Positions 47,104-49,132 of a DNA stretch of 49,132 nt are shown piece by piece. Each line of letters starts with the position of its first letter. Positions within the stretch are counted from its first letter, which is position 1. Source of the stretch: Atractiella rhizophila (Eukaryota); assembly GCA_021432655.1 (NCBI GenBank), contig MU271273.1, positions 62,001 through 111,132 on the forward strand, given 5' to 3'. A model generated the notes under the pieces. The model searched no databases. It had not been told where the DNA came from and worked only from the letters and a program-made list of their open reading frames with translations. A program made the position numbers and the translations under genes.

Positions 47104-48737
47104 CTAATTGGTCCACTTACCCAGCAGCTTCATCCAATTCAGTTTCCCCAAAATTTCAGACTGATCCTTTTTCGTGGACGCAGATGCCAGCGCTGGAGAG
47201 ACAGGAGAAGGAGATTCACAAAAATGTAACATTCCAAGGATGCACCTGTTAAAAACGGATGGTTGATGTGTCATGTTATCAAAAATGTAGCTTACAGGCT
47301 GTAATTGAGTCTCCCTGGTCCCGAAAGGTGACGAACCTCTGCTCTGTTCGGAGTATCTTAACCCGTCATAATCACACAATCGTGATTGGCCCATACTGCA
47401 TGAAGATTGTAGCGTGGTGTGGTGAGATTGTAGGCGAGGTTGCCGACATAGAACTTTTTGTTGGGGCTATCGTCCAGGTCAATGAGGAACATATGGTCGA
47501 ATGGCACGAACATAAGTTTTGGGGTTTGAGAATAGCAGTCGTGAGCAACAGAATATTTAAAGGACGACTGAGAATACATGCTCCCCAAAGACATCACAGG
47601 AAGGTGACAAAAAATGATCGTATGCAAAGGAAGGAAGGAGTGTTAAGCTTATGTGGGAACACTGTGACACCATGTGGCCACAACCTTTTCTCATCGGAGT
47701 AGAAATAGCTTTCTAGAATACCAGTTCTGAAGTATATGCATCCTGTAAATGAAGCAATATCTGACGAGATACGGATCTGTAAGCACTGCAAATGCGAGCC
47801 ACAAAAGCGATGGGACTCGCACTGCAGGGGGCTTGCATATTTGTGAGAAAATATCACCGTAGCCCGTTGCCGTTCCTTGAGCCAATTATCAAGCAATAGA
47901 AGAAGAAGGAAGGGAAAGAGAAAAAGTCACAAGACCAAAATGACGAAGGAAGTGAGAAATGGGAATGCGCAAATGTCCATCAAACTCCCCCTCGCATTCA
48001 TCAATGTTGAAAATATCATTCTCGTGCAAGGAGCTGCCTGCAATGACCAAAAACTGTAATCCAATTCCACCCATTGCCTCTGCCTCTGCGCCAGCCTCTC
48101 CTCCTGAAGTCGCTTATCCTGGGCTAGAGGGAGAGTTTGAAATTGGGAATAAACGTTTGGTGGGCAAACACCTGAGCAGCTTAGTGAAAAAGGACTAGGA
48201 TAGTAAACTAGTGTGTAGCAATGGAAAAATACGCTTTTCAACACTATAATTGACCCAAAGTACCCAGAGCAAGCAGTTGAGGGCGAGAGAAATAAATAAG
48301 AAGTCGAATGAAAGCGAGGACGCTCACAGCACGAGTGAGGAATGATATCTCCCTCTAAACTTTCCCTTTTTATAGCTTTCCTCTCCCTCCAGCGCTCCAC
48401 CTCGCTCCACCTTTTTTCCTTCCTCATGCTCTGATCTCCTACATCCTTTTCTAAATCCTATGTTGCCCTATTTCCTTTTATCTTGCCCACATTTTCTGTC
48501 TTGTCCAATTGCCATTGTCTTTTTATTTAAGATTAAGATGGAGTTTTCTATTGGTCCTTGTTCTATCTTGAATTGGACTTTGTCTACATTTCCTTGTTCA
48601 GATTGAATTAAAAACATGGTTGCGGAGTTATGCGTTAGTCGATTGTTCTCCTCGATCGAGCTTCTCGAATCGTCCACTCCCTCCAATACCGTACCTGGGA
48701 AGTGGGTTGGTTGCGTCGCACGTGCCCGTTTTGGCAT
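47104..48737 (-). CDS. Multi-exon gene or relic of unknown function, convergent with the dioxygenase gene
   Basis: Chain of protein-like minus-strand ORFs (48468-48737, 47927-48427, 47594-47896, 47358-47627, 47104-47394) with intron-like interruptions. No family recognised and intactness is unclear. Confidence 0.4.
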
Positions 48738-49132
48738 TTGGTTGTCACGTGATAGTATGTACGGACGGGATGGGGTGCGTCACTATAAGAACTGCGCCAC
48801 CCGCCAACTCTTTGATATTGTTCTTGCCGTTTGGAAGCCGGTTGAATTCTTTGGCACTGGTATCCAAAGTTCTAACAGGTATAACCAATTCCCTTCCGTA
48901 CATTCATTAATCTGTTTGAATAGTGTCTCACTGATATCTATCGAATTGCCAATAGATTATCACCAACTCGCACCGTCATCACAGATGTGGTTGGCGAAAG
49001 CAAAAGCCACTGTGACGATCGGTCCCACCGAACTATTCAAGTGTATCTAACTTCAATCATGTTTATTTTGCGAAATAATCAAAGAAAGAGCATTCCATTC
49101 CTAAAACAGCGTCTCGTTGTACCTCGTTTCCA

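Overview
Eukaryotic, intron-containing, basidiomycete-like fungal DNA dominated by nested transposable elements. No rRNA, tRNA or CRISPR array was seen. Apparently intact genes: an F-box/LRR-like gene (4467-6137, -), a spliced Clr2-like silencing-factor gene (9578-11903, -), a spliced TET/JBP-like 2OG-Fe(II) dioxygenase gene (~44375-46710, +), and the two genes of a PIF/Harbinger-group transposon (38486-43139, ATT TSD). An 878-bp partial second copy of that transposon lies beside it. Decayed genes: a CLF1 relic, a frameshifted fungal-type (FunK1) kinase, two patatin-like fragments and several unidentified relics. Other elements: a Helitron family (5' TC termini at 1230 and 20934, RepHel relics, a mini-Helitron stack at 12.6-13.5 kb carrying a solo LTR), a 1481-bp TIR element with a 7-bp TSD, a Tad1-like LINE split by a pogo/Fot1-like transposon, a second pogo relic, and a Copia-like LTR/PBS/gag fragment. 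Most notable are the TET/JBP-like gene abutting the Harbinger end in a region with many C-to-T changes, and the unusual element termini. All calls come from motif recognition by eye; no searches were run and intron boundaries are predictions.
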